From: Phycisphaerae bacterium
Lineage (GTDB): Bacteria; Planctomycetota; Phycisphaerae; UBA1845; Fen-1342
Reading direction: 5' to 3'
Assembly (NCBI GenBank): GCA_963675745.2
Contig: CAXXWX010000019.1
Coordinates: 1 to 64,000, forward strand
DNA length: 64,000 nucleotides
Shown: positions 9,983 to 19,228 of the stretch, one piece after another
Position numbering within the stretch: position 1 is the stretch's first letter
Layout of the letters: each line of letters opens with the position of its first letter
Program-made: the position numbers and the translations under genes
Notes under the pieces: generated by a model
Told to the model about the DNA's origin: nothing
Databases searched by the model: none
What the model saw: the letters and a program-made list of their open reading frames with translations, nothing else

Positions 9983-11053
9983 ATGAAGACGCAACGGCAC
10001 ATATCGCTGCGCCAGTTGCTCGCCGAGCATACGGCAGCCGCGGCGGCCGAATTGTCCGCAACCGAGGATCAGGACGCCGTTCGTTGCCTGGCGTGTGGCC
10101 ATCGCTGCAAGGTGCTCGAAGGACGCCACGGCGTGTGCCACGTGCGGTTCAATCGGGGTGGCGAACTGCGCGTGCCACATGGATACGTCTCGTCGCTGGC
10201 CGTTGATCCAATCGAGAAAAAACCATTCTATCACGCCTATCCCGGCCGGCCGGCGCTTTCGTTCGGCATGCTCGGCTGCGATCTGCACTGCTCCTATTGT
10301 CAAAACTGGATCACGAGCCAGACGCTGCGCGATGATGACGCGATCGCCGAGCCACAATTCGTCACACCCGAGCGCATCGTCGAACTGGCCCTCAAACACA
10401 ACTGCCCGGTCATCACCAGCACGTACAACGAGCCGCTGATTACCACCGAATGGGCCGTGGAGATATTCAAGCTCGGCAAACAGCATGGGCTCACATGCGG
10501 TTACGTTTCCAACGGCAACGCGACGCCGGAAGTACTCGAGTACCTACGGCCACACATGGAGCTGTACAAGATTGATCTCAAGGCCTTCGAGGACAAGACC
10601 TATCGGCGTCTGGGGTGCGCTCTCTCGACAGTCACCGACACTGTGCGCCGAGCAAAGGCCCTGGATTACTGGGTTGAGATAGTCACGCTCGTCGTGCCGG
10701 GCCTGAACGATACGCCTGATGAGCTGCGTCGCATGGCGGATTTCATCGCGGAAGTCTCGGTCGAGATCCCCTGGCACGTGACGGCGTTTCACCCGCAGTA
10801 CAAGATGACCGATCCGCCGCGAACGCCCGCCGAGACGCTGGCGCGCGCTTACGAAACCGGAAAGCAGGCCGGCTTGCACTACGTGTACGCCGGCAATCTG
10901 CCGGGCCTGGTCGGCGATCGCGAGCACACCGATTGTCACGTTTGCGGCCAACGCTTGATTACGCGCCGCGGATTTCACGTCACCGACAATTACCTGGATC
11001 ACGGAGCCTGCCCGGCTTGTCGGACGGTGATCGCCGGCGTGTGGGAAAAGTGA
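9983..11053 (+). CDS. amrS: AmmeMemoRadiSam-system radical SAM enzyme
   Basis: N-terminal CLACGHRC...C; VDPIEKKPFYH; CDLHCSYCQNW (CxxxCxxC); TYNEP; C-terminal CxxC pairs. Confidence 0.9.
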   Translation: MKTQRHISLRQLLAEHTAAAAAELSATEDQDAVRCLACGHRCKVLEGRHGVCHVRFNRGGELRVPHGYVSSLAVDPIEKKPFYHAYPGRPALSFGMLGCDLHCSYCQNWITSQTLRDDDAIAEPQFVTPERIVELALKHNCPVITSTYNEPLITTEWAVEIFKLGKQHGLTCGYVSNGNATPEVLEYLRPHMELYKIDLKAFEDKTYRRLGCALSTVTDTVRRAKALDYWVEIVTLVVPGLNDTPDELRRMADFIAEVSVEIPWHVTAFHPQYKMTDPPRTPAETLARAYETGKQAGLHYVYAGNLPGLVGDREHTDCHVCGQRLITRRGFHVTDNYLDHGACPACRTVIAGVWEK

Positions 11054-11068
11054 CGGGCGTCCCAAACT

Positions 11069-11224
11069 GTGGCACCGGTTTTCAACCGGCGAGAATCACT
11101 ACGCGGCTGCCCTCGTCGGGTGCCCCCGCTCGTCGGGTGCCCCACCCCTTGGAGTGGGGGACTGACTCATGCCAAAACGAATGCGCCCGATCGATCAGTC
11201 CCCCACGGCAAGCCGTGGGGCACC
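11069..11224. repeat. Cluster of REP-like palindromes between convergent genes
   Basis: GTGG-CACCGGTT-TTC-AACCGGCG hairpin (11069-11091); 15-bp direct repeat CTCGTCGGGTGCCCC (11112, 11129); inverted pair 11136-11165 / 11195-11224. Confidence 0.65.
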
Positions 11225-11238
11225 GGCGTGGGGACCGG

Positions 11239-11943
11239 CTATGGCGTGTTGCTGCTGGTCGCCGCACCTCGTGACTCGAGCTCGGCGGTCTTCTGCGCGA
11301 TGAATGCGACCGGCGAGTTGCGCTCCGCCAGCATCGGCCCCAGATAACACAGGGCCAGCGCCAGCGCCATGGTCACCAACCCGGCCAGTCCGACGATGCG
11401 GCGCGCCTCGGGGCTCAACCACGCGAACGGTGAGTTTACGGCGTCGAGCGCCGCATTAGCCATGTCCCGCAGCACCTGGCCGGGCGAGCGGCGCGGCCGC
11501 GGAGGTGCATCCGCGGGGCTGGCATCTTCTGCTGGGGGCGCAGCGGCCTTCGATTTCGCACGCCTGCCGGGAAGCAGCGACAGGAGCCTGCCGACCAGAC
11601 CCCGCGTGCGCGTGGCGCCCGGCGCAGCCACCGGCTCAACAGATTGATCCTGAACCGGCTCCACGGCCGACGCCGGCGGCGTTTCGGAGGCGGGGGCGGG
11701 TGCCGGGTCGGCAGGTTCCACCTCGTCGGCTGCCTCGGCATCCTTCAGGGCCGCATCGGCCACGGGGGGGGCGGTTTTGGCAGGTGCGGCCGCCTCGGCA
11801 ACGGGTTCCGGCGCGGGGTCGTCGCCGAGGCCGTCATCGAGGTCGGGAATGGCGTCTTGCTGGTCAGGCGACGTCTCGATTTCCGAGAGCGCGGCCTCGA
11901 TTTCCTCTTCGGAGAGGATCGCATTGCTGCCGCTAATCGCCAT
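11239..11943 (-). CDS. Hypothetical membrane-anchored protein (acidic, Pro/Ala-rich linker, C-terminal TM helix)
   Basis: ATG 11943; N-terminal ILSEEEIEAAL; TM IVGLAGLVTMALALALCYLG. Confidence 0.65.
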   Translation of the reverse strand: MAISGSNAILSEEEIEAALSEIETSPDQQDAIPDLDDGLGDDPAPEPVAEAAAPAKTAPPVADAALKDAEAADEVEPADPAPAPASETPPASAVEPVQDQSVEPVAAPGATRTRGLVGRLLSLLPGRRAKSKAAAPPAEDASPADAPPRPRRSPGQVLRDMANAALDAVNSPFAWLSPEARRIVGLAGLVTMALALALCYLGPMLAERNSPVAFIAQKTAELESRGAATSSNTP

Positions 11944-12239
11944 GCCGTGTGGACCGCCTGCGCAAGGAGTTTCTCCCCGGTAGCATCGGCTTGCCGACGC
12001 GGCTGCTTCAACGTCAGCGGATGTTGACGCTCGCAAGCGAACCGATGCGCCGGCTGACAGCGTTCTCCCTGCCGCAAAAGCGTTGTTTTCGGACGCGCGG
12101 GGCGACACTCTCGGACCAAATCCGACGCAGAGGCAATCGACAGCCGGCCCGCGCCGGGTTACTAATGTGTGTCGGGAATTCGCCGCGGACCGGCCGACCG
12201 CGCCGCGGACCATTGATTGGAACTTCAAGGAGAGCACAG

Positions 12240-14033
12240 ATGCGAATACTGACAGTCTTGGTCGTGGGGTTGATGGCCGCGATCGCGCCGGCCGGCGCGA
12301 TGGCACAGTCCATCGATGGCGTATGCAAACACATTCCGGACGAAGCCGGATTCGTAATGGTCGTCCCCAACCTCGATACGCTGCTCAAAGGCGTGAACGG
12401 GTTCGTAAAGGCCATCGGTGTTGACAGCGATGGCGAGCTATCCGCCGACGACATGCTGGACAACTCGCCCGGCGGCGCGGAGTACTACGACACGGGCGCG
12501 CCATTCGCCATCGCCATGCTCGCCGAAGAGCAGGAAGTCGTGGTTATCGCCACTTTGAAGGATCCCAAGAAGTGGCTGAGTGAGACTGAGACCACCGAGG
12601 CCGAGGGTGGCCTGCTCTCGATCGACACGGGATGGGAGGAGTTCTTCGTCAAGCTCGACGGGAACACCATCGTGTTTGGCGCGAGCGAAGAGTCGGTGGG
12701 GGCGGCGGTCAAGTCCACCGGCAAGTTTGCGGCCTCGTTCAAGAAACACGCCGGCAAGATGGTCGCCGACAGTCAGGCGCTGATCTACATCGACGTGACT
12801 CAGTGGCAGGACACGGTCGACCAGACCTGGGGCATGGTGCAGATGATGGCCCCCATGATGGCCATGCAGATGGGGGGCGGCCAGATGCCGCCCGGCGCGA
12901 TGGAAGGTGTCCAGTTCGCCCTGGAGAAGATCCGCGAGTTCATCAGTTCGGTTGAGACGGCGGTGATCGGCGGGCAGATTGGCCCGGATGGTCTGCACCT
13001 GAAGTTTGTCAACAGGCTCGATCCCGAAGCCAACCTGCCCAAGTACTTCGCCAAGATCAGCCCCGTCGACGCGGATCTGTTGCGTGGTCTGCCCAACGCC
13101 GCCGCCCCGCTCGTGTTTGGCTGTGAATGGAAAGAGCCGCCCCAGACCGAGTCGCTGCTCGACCAGTTGATCGCCAGGCTGCCCAGCGCCGACGCCAGTG
13201 CCGAAGGCGAACCGGATCAGCAGGCCTTGCAGGCCGCCGCTCTTAAGAAGAGCCTTAAACAGGCCTCGGCGATGATGAAAAAGACCACCGGCATTTCGGG
13301 CTTGATGGCCTCAAACGCCGAAGGCAAGCTGGGTTTTGTCGGCTACTACCTGGGCGAAGATGGACCGGCCTTGATGAAGGACGTCGAAGGCCTGTATGAC
13401 CCCGAGACGGCCAAGGCATTTGGCGCCAAGGAAGTAACGCAGGGCAAGGAGGAAATCGCCGGCCAATCGCTCAGCCTGTACAGCTACACGCTTGATGCCA
13501 ATGATCCCATGAAAGCCAAGGCCAACGCCGCCATGTTCGGCGAGAGCATGGACGTGCTGTTTGCCACCACAAAGCAGGGCGTGCTGTTCGCGTCCGGTTA
13601 TGGCGAGCTGGCCCGCAAGCTGGCCGGGGCGGCCTTGAAGCCGGACGGCGACAGCCTGGCCGCGGCTCCCTCGGTCCAGGCCATCATGAAGGGCCTGCCG
13701 CCCAAGCCGCAGTTCTGCCTGCTGGTTGATCCGTTGGAGCTGATGAAGTTCGCGATGACCATGGCGGCGGCGATGGGCAACCCGGTTCCGCCGGCCGACA
13801 TGGGCGACACCAAGTCCGCATACGCCGGCATGACCGGGTACTTCACCAAGGAAGAAATCCGGCTTGAGCTGAAGGTGCCCACCAAGGCCGTCGCGCCGGC
13901 CGTCGAATTCGGCAAGAAGATGGAAGAGGCCATGAGTGCCGGAACGGCCGAAGACGATGATGAGGGGTACGAAGATGACGACTTCGGCGAGGATGAGGAG
14001 CACGAGGGCCACGAAGACGAAGCGCCCGAGTAG
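12240..14033 (+). CDS. Secreted hypothetical protein (possibly DUF3352-like) with acidic tail
   Basis: AAGGAG RBS, ATG 12240, signal peptide ending AMA-Q; long ORF with G/C-rich third codon positions. Confidence 0.75.
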   Translation: MRILTVLVVGLMAAIAPAGAMAQSIDGVCKHIPDEAGFVMVVPNLDTLLKGVNGFVKAIGVDSDGELSADDMLDNSPGGAEYYDTGAPFAIAMLAEEQEVVVIATLKDPKKWLSETETTEAEGGLLSIDTGWEEFFVKLDGNTIVFGASEESVGAAVKSTGKFAASFKKHAGKMVADSQALIYIDVTQWQDTVDQTWGMVQMMAPMMAMQMGGGQMPPGAMEGVQFALEKIREFISSVETAVIGGQIGPDGLHLKFVNRLDPEANLPKYFAKISPVDADLLRGLPNAAAPLVFGCEWKEPPQTESLLDQLIARLPSADASAEGEPDQQALQAAALKKSLKQASAMMKKTTGISGLMASNAEGKLGFVGYYLGEDGPALMKDVEGLYDPETAKAFGAKEVTQGKEEIAGQSLSLYSYTLDANDPMKAKANAAMFGESMDVLFATTKQGVLFASGYGELARKLAGAALKPDGDSLAAAPSVQAIMKGLPPKPQFCLLVDPLELMKFAMTMAAAMGNPVPPADMGDTKSAYAGMTGYFTKEEIRLELKVPTKAVAPAVEFGKKMEEAMSAGTAEDDDEGYEDDDFGEDEEHEGHEDEAPE

Positions 14034-14065
14034 CCTGTCCCGGTGAAACCGCTGAAAACTCGCGA

Positions 14066-14100
14066 ACCCCCGCGCCCGGTCATATGCCGGGCGCGGGGGT
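14066..14100 (+). terminator. GC-rich hairpin after the 12240-14033 gene (possible terminator; no U-tract)
   Basis: ACCCCCGCGCCCGG-TCATATG-CCGGGCGCGGGGGT, perfect 14-bp stem. Confidence 0.55.
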
Positions 14101-14195
14101 CTGCTATGATGCGCGTTCATCGCGCCGTCATCGTCCGCACGGGCGCGGCCCGGCCGCGACCATTCGCGGCAGCGTAAGAAACCGGGAAGCCTGCC

Positions 14196-15212
14196 ATGAT
14201 CATCATTATGCAACCAGGGGCGACACAGGAACACATCGACCACGTTGTCGAGCACGTTCGTGAGGCGGGGCTGCGCGAACACGTGATTGTCGGAACCGAA
14301 CGTAGCGTCGTGGCCGTCATCGGCGACGAGCGCAAGAGCGAACTGAGCGTGCTCGAGACCGCGCCCATGGTCGACCGGGTGCTGCCCGTGCTGGCGCCCT
14401 ACAAGGTCGCCAGTCGCGCGGTTCACAAGGACACATCCGTCATTCCGCTCGGCTCACAGGCGCGGATCGGCGGTCAACAGATCGGGATCATCGCCGGCCC
14501 GTGCAGCGTCGAGTCACGCGTCCAGTTGCTCGAGATTGCCCACGCCGTAAAGGAGAACGGGGCGGTTGGGCTGCGCGGCGGCGCGTTCAAGCCGCGCACC
14601 AATCCCTACAAGTTTCAGGGGCTGGGCGAGCAAGGTCTCGAATTACTCGCCGAGGCCCGCGAGCAGACCGGGCTGGCCGTGGTCACCGAGGTGATGAGCA
14701 TTGACCAGGTCGCGCTGGTCTCACGTTATGCGGATGTGCTCCAGATCGGCACGCGCAACATGCACAACTTCAATCTGTTGATGGCGTGTGGCAGGGCGGG
14801 TAAACCCGTGCTGCTCAAGCGCGGCTGGAGTGCCACGCTCGACGAATTTCTGCTGGCCGCCGAATACGTGATGACCGCCGGCAACTCCAATGTGATTCTG
14901 TGTGAGCGCGGCATTCGCACGACCGAGGACTACGTGCGCAACACGCTGCCGCTGGCCATCATCCCGGCGGTGAAACGCGCCAGTCACCTGCCGATTGTCG
15001 TCGATCCATCGCAAGGCACCGGGCATGCGTACATGGTGCCGGCGATGTGCCGCGCCGCGGTCGCCGCCGGTGCCGATGGCTTGCTGATCGAGGTTCACGC
15101 GGACCCGGAACACGCCCTGACCGACGGCGCCCAGTCGATCACGCCGCGGACGTTTGCCGAGATGATGAGTCAACTGCGTGCGATCGCCGAAGCGGTGGGC
15201 CGCCGCGTGTAG
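14196..15212 (+). CDS. aroF: DAHP synthase, type I-beta with N-terminal regulatory (ACT-like) domain
   Basis: [46 protein letters not shown]. Confidence 0.95.
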   Translation: MIIIMQPGATQEHIDHVVEHVREAGLREHVIVGTERSVVAVIGDERKSELSVLETAPMVDRVLPVLAPYKVASRAVHKDTSVIPLGSQARIGGQQIGIIAGPCSVESRVQLLEIAHAVKENGAVGLRGGAFKPRTNPYKFQGLGEQGLELLAEAREQTGLAVVTEVMSIDQVALVSRYADVLQIGTRNMHNFNLLMACGRAGKPVLLKRGWSATLDEFLLAAEYVMTAGNSNVILCERGIRTTEDYVRNTLPLAIIPAVKRASHLPIVVDPSQGTGHAYMVPAMCRAAVAAGADGLLIEVHADPEHALTDGAQSITPRTFAEMMSQLRAIAEAVGRRV

Positions 15213-15381
15213 GAAACGGTCGCATTTTCTGCTGACGTGCGAATTGGGGATGCGCCGGCGGGGGGGCGCATGGTATATTGGCTAGCGTGCGCATTCTCGA
15301 CCGGCGCGCAGTGCGCTGGAGCGGTCACCGGGGCGGTGGGCGCACAGTGGCTAACCGTACTTGCTTCAAAAGGAGCCGGCC

Positions 15382-18300
15382 ATGCCGTCTGGGTTTGTTC
15401 TTGCACCATGCCGCAACCTATCACTCATACTGGCCTGCCTCTGCCTGGCCGCATCGACCGGGTTGGCCGCGGACGCACCGCCGAGCGTGAGGACTGCGAT
15501 CGCCGCCGCACCGTATGAGATCAGCGCTGTGGAAGGCCGGCAAGAGTTGACTTTGGAGGGGTTCGGGCATCTGCAAGTCCCCGGTACGCCGCGGCTGCCT
15601 TCGCGGATCATCGCGATCGCAATTCCACCGGGGGCCGAGTTCGTCGGGTTGTCCTGCGATCCCGGCGCCGGCGTCGTGCTGCCGGGAACGTACGACATCG
15701 CGCCCGCGCGTCTGCCGCGCGTGATCGGCGAGGAGAATCCGGACGCTTATGCGCGCGACCTGGCACGCTATGAGGCCAGCCGCGCCCAGGTCTATGGCAG
15801 CAACGACGCCTACCCCGCCGCGCCGGCCGAGTTCGTCCGCACGGCCGGGTACCGGCGCTACAACCTGGTGGACGTGCGCGTCACCCCGTTTGCGTATCGG
15901 CCACTGTCGGGCGAGCTGACCTACTACCCAAACCTCCGCGTCAACGTGAATTACAGGATGGGCCAATCGACGCGCGGCCTCCCGGCCGGCAGCCTGACGC
16001 GCTGCGAAGCTACCGCCGCCGACATCGTTCACAACTATGCCGAGGCACAAAGCTGGTATCCCGGCGGCGTAGTTGCATCGCGCGGATTGCACGATTACGT
16101 GATCATCACACTCGACAGCCTGACGTCCGCTGTTGCGCCGTTGGTGAACTGGGAAACCGCCAAGGGCCGCACTGTCGAGGTCGTCACCACGTCGTGGATC
16201 GATAGCACCTACGCCGGCTACGATCTCGCTGAGAAGATGCGCAACTTCCTGCGCGACAAGTACCCGGCGGACCAGTGGGGCATCGAGGATGTACTGCTCG
16301 TCGGTCATTACGACGACGTGCAGATCCGCCGCACGGCGCAGGATCTTGGTTACGGCAGCCCGGAGACCGACTTCTACTTCGCTGAGCTGTCGCTGCCTGA
16401 CGACGAGTCCTGGGACCGGGACGAAGATCGCAAGTGGGGTGAAACCAGCGACCCGACGGACTTCTACGCCGAAGTCAACGTCGGGCGCATCCCCTGGAGT
16501 GACGCCGCGACCGTGCAGAGCATCTGCGAAAAGTCGGTGGCGTATGAACAGAACAACGATCCGGCCTATAAGCGCAATATCCTGCTATTGGGCGCGTACT
16601 TCTGGACTACGCCCGATCCGGTAACCGACAACGCCAATCTGATGGAGGCCATCGCCGGCCAGGCGTGGATGGTCGACTGGACCGACACACGCATGTACGA
16701 GAAGAACGTGGACTGCTACTCGCCGATCCCGTGTGACTACGAGCTGCTGCACACCAACGTCATGGACCACTGGTCAAATGCGCCATACGCATTTGTAACC
16801 TGGGCCGGGCACGGTTCCCCAACGTCGTCACACATTTACGGCCTGGGCATGCCGGCCCTGATCCAGTCCTCTGATTGCCCGTCGCTGAACGACGATTATC
16901 CGGCGATCATCTTCGCTGATGCGTGCAGCAACCACGATACCGACTACGCCAACATCGGGCGCGCCATGTTGAAGCAGGGCGGCGTGGGTTTCCTCGGGGC
17001 CACCAAGGTGGCGCTGGGCATGCCTGCCTGGGACTCCCCGTACGATGGCTCGACCCAGTCGCTGGATTACTTCTTCACGACGCGGATCACATCGGGCGAA
17101 ATGACCCAGGGGCAGGCCCACCAGTGGGCGATGCGCGAGATGTACACCCACATGCTGTGGAGCGCCCTCAAGTATGAGACCTTCGAGTGGGGCGCATTTC
17201 TCGGCAACCCCAACCTCGCCCTGCGCGAGGCACGCGCGCTGCGAATCGCCTTCCCCGAGGGCGTGCCGGACGCGCTGACACCCGGAGCGGTAACACAAAT
17301 CGCAGTGCAGATCATCGACGATCAGCAGGCGTTTGTCCCCGGGACCGCCACGCTGCACTACCGCCATGACGGGGGCGTTTTCAACAGCGTGCCGCTGACC
17401 CCGCTCGGCGGCGGTTTCCACGAGGCCGTGTTGCCCGCGGCACATTGTGGTGACACTCCGGAGTTTTATTTCAGCGCCGAAGGCGACTCCGGCACGATCG
17501 AGACATCTCCCCTCGCCGCACCGTCAGTCGTGTTCACCCCATCCGCGGGACAGCGGACGGTCTGCTTCAACGACAACGCCGAGTTCGGGCAGGGTTGGTC
17601 TGCCGGGACGATCGGCGCCACGTCAGGCCAATGGGAGCGTGGCGTTCCCGTGAACGACCCGAATTGGGCATACGACCCACTCGCCGATTCGGACGGAAGC
17701 GGGAAGTGTTTCCTTACCCAGAACGAGATGGGCAATTCCGATGTCGACAACGGGGCGGTATTCATGATGTCACCCGTGATCGACATGTCGGTCGGCAGCA
17801 TCACGATCAGCTATGACTACTACCTGCACCTTAGCGATGAGGATGGGACTGACGCCCTGGTCGTCGAGATCAGTAGCAATGGTGGCGGCGATCCGTGGAT
17901 TGAGCTTGCCAGACATGATGCGAACCGCGGCCTGGCCTGGACCAATCACGTGATCACCCAGGACGATCTCGACGCCGCCCTGGTTACTCTCACCGACAAC
18001 ATGAGAGTCCGCTTTACGGCCAATGACGGCGATCCCCAGGGCGCCGTCGAGGCCGGCGTCGACGCCATCTCGGTCGTCAGCATCGAATGCGAGAGCATGC
18101 CTGATGGCGACGGTGACGGCGTGTTCGACATCTATGACAACTGTGTCGGCACGTACAACCCGCTTCAGGAGGACTCCGATTCCGATCTCGTCGGCGATGC
18201 CTGTGATGGCTGCCCTTACGACCCGTACAAGCTCGCCCCCGGATTCTGCGGCTGTGGCTACACCGAGGCCGACATCGACGGCGATGGCTGGCCGAACTGC

Positions 18301-18804
18301 GTGGACGATTGTCCATTCGACCCCAACAAGGTCGAGCCGGGCATATGTGGCTGCGGCACGCCTGACGACGACACGGACGCGGACGGCGTCGAGGATTGCA
18401 TCGACGCGTGCCCCGATACGCCCGGCGGGACGCCGGTAACCACCGACGGGTGTCCGGACTGCAACGGCAACGGCATCTGGGATGTCGATGACATCGATTC
18501 CGGCTTCAGCGTCGACTGCAACCTCAACAACGTGCCCGACGATTGTGATTTCGCCGATGGAACCCTGACCGATGACAATGGCAACGGCATCGCTGACCAG
18601 TGCGAAGGGCAGCCCGGCGATCTCAATTGCGATGGTTTCGTGAACAACGGCGATATCGACGCGTTTGTGCTGGCGCTGACTCTGCCCGACGACTACGCGA
18701 TCGCTTTCCCCGACTGTGACATGGCCCTGGCCGACTGCAACGAGGATGGGTACGCGAACAACGGTGACATCGACGCGTTTTTGGAATTGATCACCGGGTC
18801 GTAG
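15382..18804 (+). CDS. Secreted C25 (gingipain-family) cysteine peptidase: propeptide, catalytic domain, adhesin/MAM-like domain, TSP3-like repeats, dockerin-like tail
   Basis: AAGGAG RBS; signal peptide; PGTPRLP propeptide motif; VLLVG, VNVGRIP, WAGHGS (His), FADACS (Cys), FLGNP; GDLNCDGFVNNGDIDAFV. Confidence 0.88.
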   Translation: MPSGFVLAPCRNLSLILACLCLAASTGLAADAPPSVRTAIAAAPYEISAVEGRQELTLEGFGHLQVPGTPRLPSRIIAIAIPPGAEFVGLSCDPGAGVVLPGTYDIAPARLPRVIGEENPDAYARDLARYEASRAQVYGSNDAYPAAPAEFVRTAGYRRYNLVDVRVTPFAYRPLSGELTYYPNLRVNVNYRMGQSTRGLPAGSLTRCEATAADIVHNYAEAQSWYPGGVVASRGLHDYVIITLDSLTSAVAPLVNWETAKGRTVEVVTTSWIDSTYAGYDLAEKMRNFLRDKYPADQWGIEDVLLVGHYDDVQIRRTAQDLGYGSPETDFYFAELSLPDDESWDRDEDRKWGETSDPTDFYAEVNVGRIPWSDAATVQSICEKSVAYEQNNDPAYKRNILLLGAYFWTTPDPVTDNANLMEAIAGQAWMVDWTDTRMYEKNVDCYSPIPCDYELLHTNVMDHWSNAPYAFVTWAGHGSPTSSHIYGLGMPALIQSSDCPSLNDDYPAIIFADACSNHDTDYANIGRAMLKQGGVGFLGATKVALGMPAWDSPYDGSTQSLDYFFTTRITSGEMTQGQAHQWAMREMYTHMLWSALKYETFEWGAFLGNPNLALREARALRIAFPEGVPDALTPGAVTQIAVQIIDDQQAFVPGTATLHYRHDGGVFNSVPLTPLGGGFHEAVLPAAHCGDTPEFYFSAEGDSGTIETSPLAAPSVVFTPSAGQRTVCFNDNAEFGQGWSAGTIGATSGQWERGVPVNDPNWAYDPLADSDGSGKCFLTQNEMGNSDVDNGAVFMMSPVIDMSVGSITISYDYYLHLSDEDGTDALVVEISSNGGGDPWIELARHDANRGLAWTNHVITQDDLDAALVTLTDNMRVRFTANDGDPQGAVEAGVDAISVVSIECESMPDGDGDGVFDIYDNCVGTYNPLQEDSDSDLVGDACDGCPYDPYKLAPGFCGCGYTEADIDGDGWPNCVDDCPFDPNKVEPGICGCGTPDDDTDADGVEDCIDACPDTPGGTPVTTDGCPDCNGNGIWDVDDIDSGFSVDCNLNNVPDDCDFADGTLTDDNGNGIADQCEGQPGDLNCDGFVNNGDIDAFVLALTLPDDYAIAFPDCDMALADCNEDGYANNGDIDAFLELITGS

Positions 18805-19228
18805 CATCGCGGCCGAGGTAGTGTCGCCCCGCCACCCAGGCGTGCCGAGCGAGTGTGCCGGTTGCACTTCGGGCCACTCCTTATCGGACTATCTCTGCGC
18901 CGACAAGCCTCGCGATGCCCCCTGTCGCCGCAATCTTCCCCCAGATTAGCGGCAAACCGCTGTAAATCCGGATATCAAACTCGTTATACTCGCAATTGAC
19001 GACAATTATGCAGAGTTATACCTATCGTAGCGCCTGTATTCTAAGGACTTGCGCGTAGGAAGAGATGGCGACAGCCCGGCGGCCTCTGAACGAGCTAGGT
19101 GGCTTCTCGTGTGTCCGTCTGGGCCGGCACCGATGCAACCCCGCGGAACACTCGGGTACCGCCAGGTGCCTGTGGAGGCATAACTGCTCAAGCGGGAGTC
19201 GTCAGTTCTGACGTCCCCGGAAAGGAGA

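Noticed and set aside
18805..19228. ncRNA or strong promoter between the C25 genes
   Set aside because: AT-richer, with a TTGACG...TATACC pair, but the spacing is only 15 bp and there is no convincing structure.
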